A DNA stretch of 64,000 nt from Felis catus (GCF_018350175.1 NC_058373.1:111230001-111294000), one strand, 5' to 3'; shown: positions 24,323 to 37,710, counted from the first letter of the stretch. Made by a program: numbers and translations. Notes: generated from the letters alone by a model not told the origin.

Positions 24323-24796
24323 TTAGGCAACCCTAAGAAAAACACAACCACCAGTGCCAGGGCTCAGCAGGAAAAAATATGCCCTCAACTGGTTAACTCC
24401 TGTGTAACCCATGAGTTGTCAGTTGGCAGAAGCCTGGGCAGGAAACAGGGGTATTATGGACAGGCCCCTTCAAATGCCCTACCTGGTAGTAAATCCTCCC
24501 TGCCTCTCAGGGCTGCCAGGAGGAAGAGGCTTCCCCAGTATGCCCTCATGTCACACAAAAGAAAGTTTGGGATGGCTGTGGGATAAGCGAGTTACTGTGG
24601 CTCCTTTTTCTTGAGGGCAGTCCTGCCCCCTTCCCCCCCTGCCCACTGTGGGGTGGGTGGAAAGGCTGTGTCCTCGCCTCTGTGGGAGCTGCTAAGTCAG
24701 CTGTGAGGCCACACAGATTGGTGGAAGAAGCCCTCTCCCCCTGCCGTGACTCAGTAGGGGCTATTTCACTGCTCCAAGGCTAGGCCAGGCCAGGAG

Positions 24797-24798
<2 letters not shown>

Positions 24799-24842
<44 letters not shown>
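24799..24842. repeat. (CA)n microsatellite
   Basis: Directly visible. Confidence 0.98.
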
Positions 24843-24844
<2 letters not shown>

Positions 24845-25554
24845 GGGCTCATCACTGAGCTCAGGTAGCCCAGCCTTGCAAGCCCAGAACCCAGGACACA
24901 AAAACCTGAGGAGAAGCGTGTATTCCAGTCTCTCAGTGATTTGGGCATGGTGATTGTGCAGGGGAAGGGGCCCTGACAACACTCTGGACCCCAGGGCTGG
25001 TTGTCGACTCCGGGGGCCCACCCAGAAGAACTTCACTCTTCAGTCTTTTTCTGGGTCTCTGGTCTTTGCCACCTGTGCATGTGTTGGGAGAAGCTCATTA
25101 CTTTTCATATTAGCATAAGGAAAGCTAATTAGAATGGTGAATCTACTGCAAAATAAATGGTGTGATGTGTTTATAAAGGAATGAATTATCTTTTGTTTGG
25201 AATTGTTCTGCCTGCTCTCCTTCCATTAGCAAAGCTTATGGTGAGCCAAGTGTGGACTAAATTTGTTGTTCCATAATGGAATAGTATGTGGGAAGGGCCA
25301 GAAGAGTGCAATAGACAATAGGCACAAATAAGGTTCAAGGAGGAAGAGGTCGTTTTAGGCAGATGTGTCCAGAAAAGATTTCAGAGTTGAGTATTGAACT
25401 AGGCTTTGAGCCTGGGGTGATATTCTCTGATGTACTTTGTCAGGGACTCCTATTTCATTGTATAATTTACCATAATTTAGTCAATCACTTCTCTATTGTT
25501 GAACATTTAAGTTATTTCCAGTTTTTGGTAAATAACACTATAATGAACATCCTT

Positions 25555-25772
25555 TTTTAAAAAAAAATTTTTAATGTTTATTTATTTTTGAGAGAGAGAG
25601 ACAGAGCATAAGTCGGGGAGGGGCAGAGAGAGGGGGAGACACAGAATCCGAAGCAGGTTCCAGGCTCTGAGCTGTCAGCACAGAGCCTGACGCAGGGCTC
25701 GGACTCACAAACCATGAGATCATGACCTGAGCTGGAGTCAGACACTTAACTGACCGCGCCACCCAAACACCC
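25555..25772 (-). mobile_element. Felid Can-SINE
   Basis: Full body; TSD TAATGAACATCCTT at 25541-25554 and 25773-25786. Confidence 0.95.
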
Positions 25773-26389
25773 TAATGAACATCCTTATACATACATTTTT
25801 ATGAATTTAACTTTTTAAAAGGATGCTTATCTTGAAAGGGAGTTGATGAATCAAAGGTATGCACAAATGTTTTAAATCATCATTTCCTTTTCTGATTACT
25901 GAATTAATATACACTCACTATAAAATATTCAAACACAACAGGGTATGGTTTTGAAAAATGAAAGTGTCCTGTAATCCCATGTCCCAGAAATATTTTCTGA
26001 TAACAGTTGGTGTATATTTTTCTAACTTTTTCAATGAGACACCAACATATTGTAACAGACACATCTCCAAAGACTGACTTTCCATCACACTTAAAATTGA
26101 CTCCAGAGCCTGGGCCTGGGTCCAGGTTGGCTGTGTGGCCCCATGTCCTATTACTCTCCTCCCCTTACTTGTCCCAGCTGCACAAGTCTCCTGGCTATTT
26201 CTAGGACCACCTAAATTTGCTACTATGATGCGCCTCATGGTGGCTGAGCTTCTGATTGGAATGTCCTTTCCTCAAATATTCACAAGATTCCTGTCCTCAC
26301 TCTTTTCAGGATTCTGCTCAACTGTCACTATTTCAGAAGGGCCCTCCCTGACCACCCACCTAAAATAGCACATCTCATAACACTATTTG

Positions 26390-26562
26390 TTTTCTTTTCT
26401 TTCTTCTCCTTCTCCTTTTTATCCTCCTTCTCCTTCTCTGTCTCCTTCTCCTTCTTCTTCTTCTTTTTTTTTTTAGTAGGATCCATGCCCAACATGGGAC
26501 TTGAACTCATGATCCTGAGATCAAGAGTCACATATCCTACTGAATGAGCCAGACAGGTGCCC
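26390..26562 (-). mobile_element. Short Can-SINE with degenerate purine-rich tail
   Basis: Reverse head GAGCCAGACAGGTGCCCC; pyrimidine low-complexity tract on + strand. Confidence 0.8.
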
Positions 26563-26999
26563 CAAATGCTATTTCTTCATAGCACTTATCATCACCTGAC
26601 ATTTCATATATGTATAATTGGTTTATTGTCTGTCTTGAAAGCTCTCTAAATGCAAAGACATTGTCTTGGTCTTTGTACACCCCTAACACCTGGAATAGAC
26701 ACTGGCACGTAGTAGATGCTCGATCTATGCATGTTGAATAATTGAATAAGATGAAACGAAACTATATCATTCTGAAACCTGCTTTTTTACTTAACAGTAT
26801 ATCAAGGACATCTTTTCATGTCAGTATATAAATCTTTTTAGTCTTTCTAAGGCTCTACAGTAGGATTGGAATTTATTTGCCCAATTCTCTCTTGATGGGT
26901 ATTTGTGTTGCTTCCAATTTTTCAATATTATAGACAATGTTACATTACACATCCTTGAATATATATCCTTCATGCTTTTAATGTTTTATATCCTTTATC

Positions 27000-29300
27000 T
27001 GAGGTGATGAAAAAACCCTACAGGCATGAATGTCTAGCATAACGTTGGAAATGCAGACTTGGTGCTCAGAGATATCCAGCATGTGGGTAGATTTGAGACT
27101 TCTTCATGCAGACCTGATCACTGAAGTCATAGGAATCAGCGAGAAAGAAGAAAATTGAGCAAAGCTCAGAGACATGAATCTTAAACAATGTCCATATTTA
27201 GAAGGCAGAAGGAGAAGGGCAAGAAATTATTCATTCATTTGACAAATATGTGTTGACTGGTACTTTCTAAAAGTCGGGAATACAACACGACATGTGTGAC
27301 ATAGACCTTGTCGCTACCTTCCTGTTGCTTAGAGTCCAATAGGGGAGGGGAAAGGGCACAGAGAACAACAAAAGAAATAAAAAAATCATCCTATGATGGA
27401 TAGGACAGGATGGCACTGAAATACAGACTAGAGATTTTAAGGAAAGTGTTCTGGAAGTAACATTTAAACTGAGACTGGAGTAGGTAGCAGTTAGCTAGGT
27501 GAAGGGGTGGGCTTCTGAGTGGGGAAGGGTTTCAGGCTAGCAGTGGAGCACTTCTGAAGTCTAGGAGGTGTGAGGGACCATGGCATACCCAGGCCCTGGG
27601 AGAGAAGGTCTGTGTGGCAAGAGAGTTGAGATGGAGGAGGGTAGTAGGAAAAGATGGGATGGAGAGGTAGGCAGGAGCTCTCTGGGCCATGTTAAAGGGG
27701 TCGGCTTCTATTTTAAAGGCAACGAGGAATTTTAAGCAGGGAGGGCTTGTGATCAGAGTAACACTAGAAAATGACTCTGGCCATAGTGCAGACAATGGAT
27801 CGAAAATGGGGTGGGGTGAGGAGATGATCAAGACTAGAGGGACCTGTTGGAAAGGGGCGGGGATGCTGGCCTAAACTAGAGCAATGGTGTTGGGCATGAA
27901 GATCAGTGAATGGATTCCAGAGGCACCTCAGATGATTAGAAGGTATAATTGATAGGACTTGCTTATAAATTATATTAGGAGGAGAAGGAAAGTGAAGAAT
28001 CAACAATAGTGAACAACGATGGTGAGCACTTTGTGGCTTGTATGACTGAGATAGGAAGAGGAGCTGGTCTGGAGGTGGGCTGAGGATAGAAATTTTAGCT
28101 TTGGAAAAACTGAATGTGAGATGTATGTGGAATGGCCAAGCAGACCAAGTAGACAAAAGAGAGATACCTGGGCTAGAGGCCAATTTATATGTCATCAGTA
28201 TCCAGATGGAATTGATACCACTGGCAACTGTCAAGTCCATGAGAGCAGGCACTTGTGTATCTTTAGGGCTTAGATCAGTGCCTACTTACAGTGGGTGCTC
28301 AATAAATACTTGTGGGGGTGCCTAGGTGGCTCAGTTGGTTGAGTGTCTGAGTCTTGGTTTTGCCTCAGGTCATGATCCCAGGGTCATGGGATGAGCTGAG
28401 TGTGGACCTGCTTAAGATTCTCTCTCTCCCCCTCTTGTCCCTTCTTTCCTGTGTGCACACCCTCTCTCTGTCTCTCAGATAAATAAAATGAAAAATAATT
28501 TTTAAATAAATAGTCGTGGAGTGAAGGAATAGGTGAGATCACTCAGGGAAACTGAGAAAAGAAGGAAGCCCAGGACAGAATCCAAAGGAGACACTTGTCC
28601 ATGGTGCAGAGAGGAAGCTGTCATGGGAGGGGGGATGCAGGAGGAGGAGGAAGTGGTGAACCATGTCAACGCTATCAAGAATAAGTCAAGGGGTCACAAA
28701 GGTCCAAGGGATTTTCACAACAAGGAGATCATTGGCACCCTTGGTGAGGTTTTTCTACTGACACACTGGAAACAAAGGTCTCATTTTAGAGGACTGAAGA
28801 GTGACCAAAAAGGATGTAAGAGAAGACAGTGGGCGCACACAACTCTTTTAGAAAGTTTCGCTGTAAACGAGGTATAAGAGGAAGTGAAAATAAGGCTATT
28901 TTTAAAAAAAGAGATGGAGACAGTGTTTTCGTGATGTTGAGAAAGAACAGCAGAGCAGAGGTTTAAGATTCAAGAACAAGTGAAGCTAATTGTTAGAGAG
29001 AGGTCCCTGAGAAGGTGGGAAAAGATGGGATTTCCTTCAAGTTGGAGCAACTGCTGTGGGTCAAGGAAGAGACAAATGTTCCATTTTGACCAGGAAATTG
29101 ATGGTTTTTCAGATCTGCAGGTGGGAAGTTGGGGGTATTTGTCTGATGGCTTCTAGTCTCTCTTGAAGCCACCAAACAATGGCAGGAATGGCTATAAAGG
29201 AAGGAGAAGCAGTCACAGGCAGAGAGAGGGCCACCGAGGAGACAGAGAAAGTCACCGGAGCACAGCACCACAGACAGGAGAACCTGAAGACGGATGAATC
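27000..29300. mobile_element. Extended L2 LINE relic(s)
   Basis: TTCATTCATTTGACAAATATGTGTTGA and GGAATTTTAAGCAGGGAGGGCTTGTGATCAGA motifs typical of antisense L2; approximate limits. Confidence 0.65.
28314..28510 (+). mobile_element. Can-SINE
   Basis: GGGGGTGCCTAGGTGGCTCAGTTGG head, CT tract, AATAAA. Confidence 0.88.
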
Positions 29301-29497
29301 ATTGGGTCTGGTAGGTTGGAATTCATAATTGAGAACTTCTGGAAACTGACAGAAGGTGGACCCTCTACTACAAGGTTTAAAGAAATAAGCAGACATGTGG
29401 GAAGGGAAGGCAGCAGTTATATGTGACCGGAGAGAATCTGGAAGGGGAAGACAGGGGTGGAAGGGTACTAAAGGTCATTTGAATTTAATTCAAGATT

Positions 29498-29725
29498 GTA
29501 AAAAAAAAAATTATTTATTTATTTGTTTTTGAATAAATAATTCAAATTCAAAATTTGAGAGAGAGCGTGAGCATGAGCGGAGGAGAGGTGGAGGAGAGGC
29601 AGAGAGAGAGAATACCAAGCAGGTTCAGCACGGAGCCCAGTGTGGGGCTCGAACTCATGAGCCATGAGATGATGACCTGAGATCAAGAGTTGGGTGCTTA
29701 ACTGACTGAGCCACCCAGGCACCCC
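29498..29725 (-). mobile_element. Can-SINE
   Basis: TSD TGAATTTAATTCAAGATT at 29480-29497 and 29726-29743. Confidence 0.93.
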
Positions 29726-29749
29726 TGAATTTAATTCAAGATTAAAAAG

Positions 29750-29750
<1 letters not shown>

Positions 29751-29795
<45 letters not shown>
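29751..29795. repeat. (CA)n microsatellite
   Basis: Directly visible. Confidence 0.98.
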
Positions 29796-29797
<2 letters not shown>

Positions 29798-30012
29798 AAA
29801 GTGTGAAGACAGGGCAGGAGCCACTGGTGAAGGAGGGCTTGAAATGTTGGAGAAAGAACAAAAGGACAGATAGGCCAGACTGAGATGAAATCAAAAGTTT
29901 GGCAGAGGAGTTAGCCCTCAAAATGTGGAGAAATCCTTCCTTTTGTGACAGGAAAGAAGCTGGAGAGGATTGGTACACAAGCAGAGAAACAAACTGAAGT
30001 GAAGCATGTTTT

Positions 30013-30815
30013 TGTAATGTGTAATAAGAAATATGTATTTGGAATTCATCCTGGTTCCTGGCATAGAGCTCTTAAAACCCTTGTTATTTCCTAAGTGATA
30101 AGAAAACTGGGAGCATTGTCTGTTCTGATGAGGCAATTCTGGGTGGTCTCCCGGGTGGGGGCTGGTCACCGGAAAGACCAAGCCCTGATTAGAAGCTTGG
30201 ATTTGTAGCCCTATCCCTTGTCCTCCAGAGAGGGGAGACAGGCTAGAAACAGTTAATGATTGAGCATACCTATGTGAGGAAGCCTCCATAAAATCCCAAT
30301 AGTATGGAGTCTGAAGGGCTTCTAAGCTGGCCGACACATCCATGCTAGGAGGGTGACACACCCCAACTCCATGAAGACAGAATCTCCTGCCCTCAGGACC
30401 CTCTCACATCTTGTGCCAAGTATCTCTTCATCTGGATGTTCATCTGTCTCCTTTAATAAACTGGTAAATATAAGTAAGTGTTTCCCTGAGTTCTAGCAAA
30501 TTAATCGAACCTGAAGAAGGGGTCTTTGGAAGCTCTGATTCATAGTGGTCACTAAGAAGCACAGGTTTTAACTGGCATCTGAAGGGGGGGCAGTCTTGTG
30601 AGATTGAGCCCTTACCTGATGTTATCTCCAGGTAGGTAGGGTCAGAATTGAGTTAAATTGTAGGATACTCTGCTGGTATCCAAGACTTGCTTGTTATTGT
30701 GGGGAAAAAACCCCACACATTTGGTGACCAGAAGTGTCAGACATGAAGTGTTCTGTGTAAAGTAGACTCACAGGGAAGAAAGACATAGTAGGGAAGAATT
30801 GGGTTTTTCCTTTTA
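30013..30815 (+). mobile_element. MER21-like solo LTR
   Basis: TGTAATGTGTAATAAGAAATATGTATTTGG...GGTTCCTGGCATAGAGCTCTTAAAACCCTTG start; paralogous to 21600-22370. Confidence 0.85.
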
Positions 30816-30850
30816 TACCTACCTAGCTCTGTGAAATCCCAAAGTCCTAG

Positions 30851-30853
<3 letters not shown>

Positions 30854-30895
<42 letters not shown>
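30854..30895. repeat. (TG)n microsatellite
   Basis: Directly visible. Confidence 0.98.
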
Positions 30896-30898
<3 letters not shown>

Positions 30899-31216
30899 GA
30901 AACCAGTTCTAAAGTGTATAAGAAAGCAAAGCATCTAGAATAACCAAAACAAGATTGGAAAAGAAGAACAAAATGAGGGAACTCAAGTTGTCTGTGTTCA
31001 AAACTTACTTACTTTAAAGCTACAGTAATTGAGGAGCTAGGGTATTGGGGTAAGGATAGGTATAGACATCAAAACTAAAAGAAGATCTAGCAAAAGACCT
31101 ATATTTTTATGGCTAAGTAATTTTTGACAGTATGGCCAACTCACTTCTATGGGACGATAGGCTTTTCAACAGATGATGCTGTGACAGTTGGATTTCCATA
31201 CTAAAAACATGGACTT

Positions 31217-31405
31217 TGGGGCACTTGGGTGGCTCAGTTGGTTAAGCATCCAACTTTGACTCAGGTCATGATCTCACATCTTGTGGGTTCGAGCCCTGCA
31301 TCGGGCTCTGTACTGTCTCCCTCTCCCTCTCCCTCACTGCCCCTCCCCCACTTGTGCTCTGTCTCTCTCTCAAAAATAAATAAATATTAAAAAATTTTTT
31401 AAAAA
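31217..31405 (+). mobile_element. Can-SINE
   Basis: GGGGCACTTGGGTGGCTCAG head; imperfect TSD ending CATG(G/A)ACTTTG. Confidence 0.9.
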
Positions 31406-31636
31406 CCATGAACTTTGACCAGCACTTCACACCATACATAAACATTAATTTGAGAGAAATCATAGACCTAAATGTAAAAGATAAGCCATAAAGCTTCTAG
31501 AAGGATAAATAGGAGAATATCTTCACAATCTCTGAGTAGTCAAAGGTGTTTTTGGACAGCTTACAGAAAACAATAGCTATAAAAGAAAAATATCAATCTA
31601 TTAGATCATATCAAAATTAAAAATTTCTGCGCCCTT

Positions 31637-31869
31637 TGCCTGGGTGGCGCAGTCAGTTAAGCATCCGACTTCAACCAGGTCACAATCTCGCGGTCCGTGA
31701 GTTTGAGCCCCACGTCGGGCTCTGGGCTGATGGCTCAGAGCCTGGAGCCTGTTTCCGATTCTGTGTCTCCCTCTCTCTCTGCCCCTCCCGCGTTCATGCT
31801 CTGTCTCTCTCTGTCCCAAAAAAATAAATAAACGTTGAAAAAAAAATTTTTTTTAAAAAAAATAAAAAA
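31637..31869 (+). mobile_element. Young SINEC_Fc-type SINE
   Basis: Perfect 19-bp TSD TAAAAATTTCTGCGCCCTT at 31618-31636 and 31870-31888. Confidence 0.96.
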
Positions 31870-32939
31870 TAAAAATTTCTGCGCCCTTGAGAAAAATGAC
31901 TAGGTAGACCACAGACTGGGAGAAAGTATTGCAAAACAAAGAATGTTATCAATCAAGTATAAAACATTTCTGAAACTTAATAAGAACAGTAACCCAATTA
32001 AAGAGAATGGGCAGATACTTCATATAAGAAGATATACAAATGGCTGGTAAGCACATCAAAAAGGGCTCATTGTCACTAGTCAGCAGGGAAATACAAATTA
32101 AAACAAATTAAACACACCCACTAGAATAGCTAAAAACAAGATACGGACAACACCAAATGTTGATGAGGATGTGGAGCAACTGGAACACTCATACACCATT
32201 TTGGAAAACAGTTTGGCAGTTAGTTTTTCATAGAGGAGCTCGTGCTCATACTCTGAACCAGCAATTAAATTTCTAGGCATTTACCCAAGAGAAATAAAAA
32301 CATATGTCCACAAAAAGACTTATATAAGAATGTTCTGGGCTCTGCTGCCTAACTAGCTGAGTGACCTTAAGCCTGTTACTTTACCACTCTGTACCTCTTT
32401 CCTCTAATGTAAAATGGCGTTAATATCAATGTGGTGAATAATCTGAAGGGGAAATCATAATGCCGTATACACAGCCTCCTTCTGAGAAAAGTAGCACCAC
32501 TAGTCTTTCCCTAATGTGGCTGCCATGCCTTGTGCAGCATACTTTGCTAGTGGCCCAACTTGACTCCCTTGGGAGTCAAGATAAGGTCTGGGACAAGATA
32601 AGGTCTGGGACACAAGCTGGACTCAACCACACAATGGAGGTCTTGGCTGGGCCAGAGCTGAAGTTGGATTTCTCTGGCAAAAGGAGTATGGGTCCCCCAG
32701 CTCCCCACTTCCTCTAACAACCTGTTTCTACCAAAGAATTCCGAGGGAAAGAAAGCTTGAACAGCATTTGCATTTGGGATTCAGAATTAGATAAGTAAGT
32801 CTGAGAGCTTTCCATTCTGTAGAGATGCTAGGGTCCCTGAGAAAGCATTTAACATAAATGAAGAAAGACCCAAACCCAACCATGAGAAGGGGAGGTGTCT
32901 GTGTGACCTTATAGTGAGCAAGCCTGTATTTGAAAGATG

Positions 32940-33640
32940 GAAAGTATCAGTGTTGTGATGGACTCTTCAGCTTCCCATCAAGCCAGCGACTCATTTCTCC
33001 TTGCCAGAGATTGGCTTAAGAATAGGTATGTACCCGGGGCACCTGGGTGGCGCAGTCGGTTGGGCGTCCGACTTCAGCCAGGTCACGATCTCGCGGTCAG
33101 TGAGTTCAAGCCCCGCATCAGGCTCTGGGCTGATGGCTCGGAGCCTGGAGCCTGTTTCCGATTCTGTGTCTCCCTCTCTCTCTGCCCCTCCCCTGTTCAT
33201 GCTCTGTCTCTCTTTGTCCCAAAAATAAATTAAAAAACGTTGAAAAAAAAATTAAAAAAAAAAAAAAAAAGAATAGGCATGTACCCAATTCTGGCCAATG
33301 AGATATGAATGGAATTCTACAGGACACTTTCGGAAAGTTTCTGTGCTTCTAAGAAGCAGATACAGAAAGAGTGTCCTTTTCTTCCTCTAGATATTATTGT
33401 GTCTGGTGAAAACATCTTCTTACTACAAAGGGGACCAGCTGGAGGAAAAAGCCACCATCTTGAGGACAGAAAATCAGAGAGATAAAGACAACCTGGGTCC
33501 CCAATACCTTGAGCTGCTCATTGTACTGCACCTGGAGCCCACAACTGCTGCAATTCCCTGTAGTGAAATAATGTATTTCCTTATATGTTTGAATCTGGGT
33601 TTTCTATTACTTGCGGCTAATGCATCCTAATCAACAGTCC
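32940..33640 (+). mobile_element. Old MaLR (MLT1-type) LTR interrupted by a SINE
   Basis: ACCCAATTCTGGCCAATGAGATAT and terminal GGGTTTTCTATTACTTGCGGCTAATGCATCCTAATCAACA. Confidence 0.65.
33036..33268 (+). mobile_element. Young SINEC_Fc-type SINE
   Basis: 18-bp TSD AAGAATAGG(T/C)ATGTACCC at 33018-33035 and 33269-33286. Confidence 0.96.
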
Positions 33641-36600
33641 AAGAACTGGACTGGGATTCTTACATTAGCTGAGGAGAGCTTAGAGCTAATAAGATTTGAG
33701 TGTTAACAAGCTGTAACTGGTATCCTCACAGACTGGTGGCACCAATACAGTGGGGTCATTCATGCTTCTATACGTGTCAGGTGCGACTCTTACTGTCCAG
33801 CCCAGCTGAGCTAGGAATATTGTAATCCTCTGCTTTTTCCCCTTTAATCAAAGTAAATCTGACTCTGAACTCCCAGTCCTATTCAGTGGGCAGATTATTA
33901 ATCGGTCATTGTGGGAGCTCAACCCCTTGAAAAATTGTGCCTAATTGGGCAAAAGTGTAGAGGCATCTCACTCACTCATCGGCCGATAGTCCACACTTTG
34001 GTGCCTCAGGTCTCATCCAATTTGGTGATTTTAGTGTTTCTGAGTCATACTTTAGGGCCCAGGGATCTTTGTTGAGGCTGGAAACCCAATGCCTAAGGCC
34101 TTGCATCCCCTGAGATCTGGCCCTTACCCAAGGGCCTTGGGTAGACTTCAAGAAAGTCCCTCTGATGGACTCTGTTCTCGTAATCAGAGTTGTTTTCTAA
34201 CTCTCTGGTCTTTGAGCACACTGCTTTCTCTTTCCTTGCCCTTCAAAGCCCTCCTTCGTCCACCCCCTTCTCCCTCAGGGTGTCTGCATCATCCCATAAA
34301 TGAGCCAGGGCTTTTTAGCAAAGACAAGAAGATCTATTAGCTTTAAGCAGCTTCTGTTTTCAGTCCTGCAAGAATTCCTAAGGCAAGAAAAAACAAAAAG
34401 CCTGACTAGCAGTGCCTGCTTGTAAAGAGAAGGCAGTGGAAAAATACAGCAAATTTATTAATATGGCAATTATCTTGTCACAGGTACCTCAGAGGTGACA
34501 GGGGAGAACTCAGCCCAATAGAGGGCTGGCTCCATGCTGAGTGGCAGCCAGCCAACCAATGGGAGTGGGACAAAGAGAAAGAAGGTGGATCCTGAGCACC
34601 GCTGGGGAAACTTTCCTGGTAACTTGCAAAACCTGCCTCACAGTCTGGAATTGAAACCCTGGCAACCAGTTGCCTCTTCCCAGTTGCCACTTTTCTACCT
34701 TGTCCCTGGGTGTTCTTGAAAATACATTTTCATTCCCAAAGCATTCTCTCTGTCTCTGCCTTGTGATCACACATGGAGCTACAATAAATGCTCACCTACG
34801 AGGGAGTGGGAAGGATCAAATGTGGTAATGTACAAGAAAGGTCTTAGAATTGTTCAACAGGTAAGGAGGCGCCGGCATCTCACCCAGGGCTGGAGCCACT
34901 CCTGGTCTTCCCCAGCCTCCTTTGTGAAGGTCACCTTTCTTATGGCCCTGGTGGTCCCCATCAGCAGGTATCTTCCACGGCCCTCCAGGTGGCTGTGAGA
35001 CTCCTGGGCTTCTGGACTTGCCCCCAGGTAAACAAGGGCAGCAGAAGTACATGCTGGATTTAGACAGTATCTTCCCACCTAGCTGAAAGGACCTTTGAGA
35101 CCATTAAGGGCAACTCCTTAATTTTACAGATAAGATTCCTGAGGTTAGAAGGCCAGGGGACTTGGCTAAAGTCAGGTGAAGACATAAAGGGACAACATTA
35201 GGGTGTGAGCTCTTTGTTCCCAGCCTTCCCTTGTCATCCTAATCTCCCAATACGGTTTTTGCCCCTTGATCCTGACTGTCCCCTCTGGTGCCTTTGAATG
35301 ATTGACCTACACTATCTTGTGGCTGCCTTCGAGGGCAGCACACCTCCTTCCGAAGGCTCTCTCCAGGCTTTGGGGCTGCAAGATGATTAATCCAAGGAGA
35401 AGAAAGGCATGCAGAGCCCATGGGACTCAGATCTTGGGCTGGGTCCTTGTTCCTTCTCACTGTCATCCTCAGAGCATTTTTGGAAAGAAATGGGACTATG
35501 GATTACTCAGAAGATAGCTCTGGGCATTTCTCAGTTTACAGGTATCTTCTGGGCATACTCATTCGTGACTTTCAGACCAGAAGCATTTCAGCCTGAAGAT
35601 GACCTTCAATCAAACCATGGAGCCAACAAGTCTGGGGTTTCTTGACTCCTATTGTCTTGACTGGTCTAACAAACACCTCAGGGAATTCTGATTCAGGTAA
35701 CCTATAGAGGACACGATCTAAGAAACTCTGTGTATTGGGTTGGTGAGCTTGGGCAAACCCCTTACCCACCATAAAATGTGGATGAGAATATCCACTTTAT
35801 AGTATGGTTGTGAGGATTACATAAGATGATGGAATGTAAAGTCTTTAGTACAATATCATGCAATGGGAAACACTCAACACAAGTTCACTGTTATTGCTGC
35901 TATGATTATTTTAACTGGGTCACTGTTCAGCTAGGCTCCTTGGTATGGCTGCCTGCTTCAAATCTCTGCCTGGTCTGAGAGATCTGTTGGAGATCTCTTC
36001 TTCAACCATCTACTTCCCAATCCTATCAGACAGATTTCTCATCTCTTACTCCCCAGGATAGACTAAAATGCCAGGACTGTCTCTGTTCCCCCACCACCCC
36101 TCAGCCACACACACACATACACAACCTGTGCTTCAGCTCTGTGCATCGCCTCCTGTAAAAACTGGTTGTCAAGGTGTTGAGGGTGTTAATAGAAGTTGTC
36201 TTTGGGTGGGCGAGGTTGTAGGTGGGTTTTTAGAATTTCCTTTCTTTGCTTGTCTGTATTTTCTGATTTGTTTGCCATGGGCATGTGCAGCATTTGTACC
36301 AAGACAATATTATTTTTAATGTTTATAAAATCTGCTTGCTGTCTCTAGAAATTTTCCCTGAAGTGTTCTACTGCACTCTGACCACTCCTTTGAACTCCCT
36401 GCCCCACTAGGCACTTCTTTGTGCTCTGTACTCCACTTGCATTCTCTTGTGAGTTGTTCTGTAGATGCTCTTAGAGGGGTTTTGCATCTGTGAACACGCA
36501 GTAGGCACCTTGAGGGTAGAGGCTGGATCGTCTCTTCCATAGAAACAGCTGCCTTCGACTCTCCATTCTTCTCTCTGAACCACTGAGCCCGTGACTGAGA

Positions 36601-37059
36601 AGTCAAGGGTGCTTGGTTAGAGCAGGGCTTGATCTAGCCAGCTAAACTTCCCATTGTTCCCATTTTACAGTCCCTGACACTAAGGCTAACAGCAAAGTGC
36701 AGTTTCTGGGGAGCCATGATGCATATATAGGGCAGCTTTCAGCAGGAATTGGCTGTGTCATGGAGCTTGGGACAACATCTTAGCTTGGGCATGAATTTAA
36801 CCTAGATCTTGCAAAATCTCCACACAGCTACTTGTGTGACACAGAGAGATAACAGCCAGGGACAGGAGATAGTGAGGGGCATACAGTATATGGAAATGCT
36901 GGGAGCATCAGATTAAGGGGAACAGTCTGGGAAATCTTCAGAAAGCATGTACGTCTTGGATAGACCTGAAGGGATTGCTGAGGACATGGAGGGGTAGAGT
37001 GGGAAGAAAGGCAGGGGTGGGGTACAACACTGAGGAGAGACGGCATCAGGTTAGGAGCT

Positions 37060-37710
37060 GGCTGGTGGGTTAAGTGGTTAAAAGCTCAAGCTCTGGAGTC
37101 AAAGGATGTGGATTTGAGTCATTAACAAACTATGCGATCTTGGGAAAGTTTCTTGCCTTCAACAGGTCTGGGTTTTCTTATCTGTGTAATACAGCTAAAG
37201 GCGGTTCCTTTCTATTAGAATTTTTATGAGGAATTAACAAAATAATGCTTATAAAATGCACTTTAAACACACAATAAATGCCAGCTAAGGTTGCTGCTAG
37301 TATTTATTATGTATATTTGGCATTTGTTTTCCAGAAGAATCTCATTGCACATTCATCCAGGCCTTTCTTTCCCATGCATTTGTTCACCTGCATTCATTCA
37401 CTAGTACATATATGTAATAATTATACATAAGTGCACATATTATAGATTATATATAATCATAATATAATAATAGGTAACATTTAAATAGCATATTCTATGT
37501 CAAACATTGTTTTAAGTACTTAATATATGTGAAACTCATTTGATCTTCCCAATAATGCTTTGAAGTAGGTATTATTATCATCTACATTTTATCTAGGATG
37601 AAATTGAAATTCAGAGAAGTTAAGCAGTTTGCCTGAGGTCACATAATTCATAAGTGCAAAACTAGAATTTTGGTTCCAAGGAATTTGGTTCGGATTCCGG
37701 GCTCTTAACT
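37060..37710. mobile_element. Two MIR relics
   Basis: MIR-like cores at about 37060-37300 and 37470-37710. Confidence 0.65.

Larger units (their letters stand above)
30900..32335 (+). mobile_element. Degenerate L1 ORF2 3' region, interrupted by two SINEs
   Basis: AGAATAACCAAAACA...AAGAAGAACAAA...TTTAAAGCTACAGTAATT resembles ORF2 RIAKT..KKNK..YKATVI; later GAGGATGTGGAGCAACTGGAACACTC. Confidence 0.85.
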
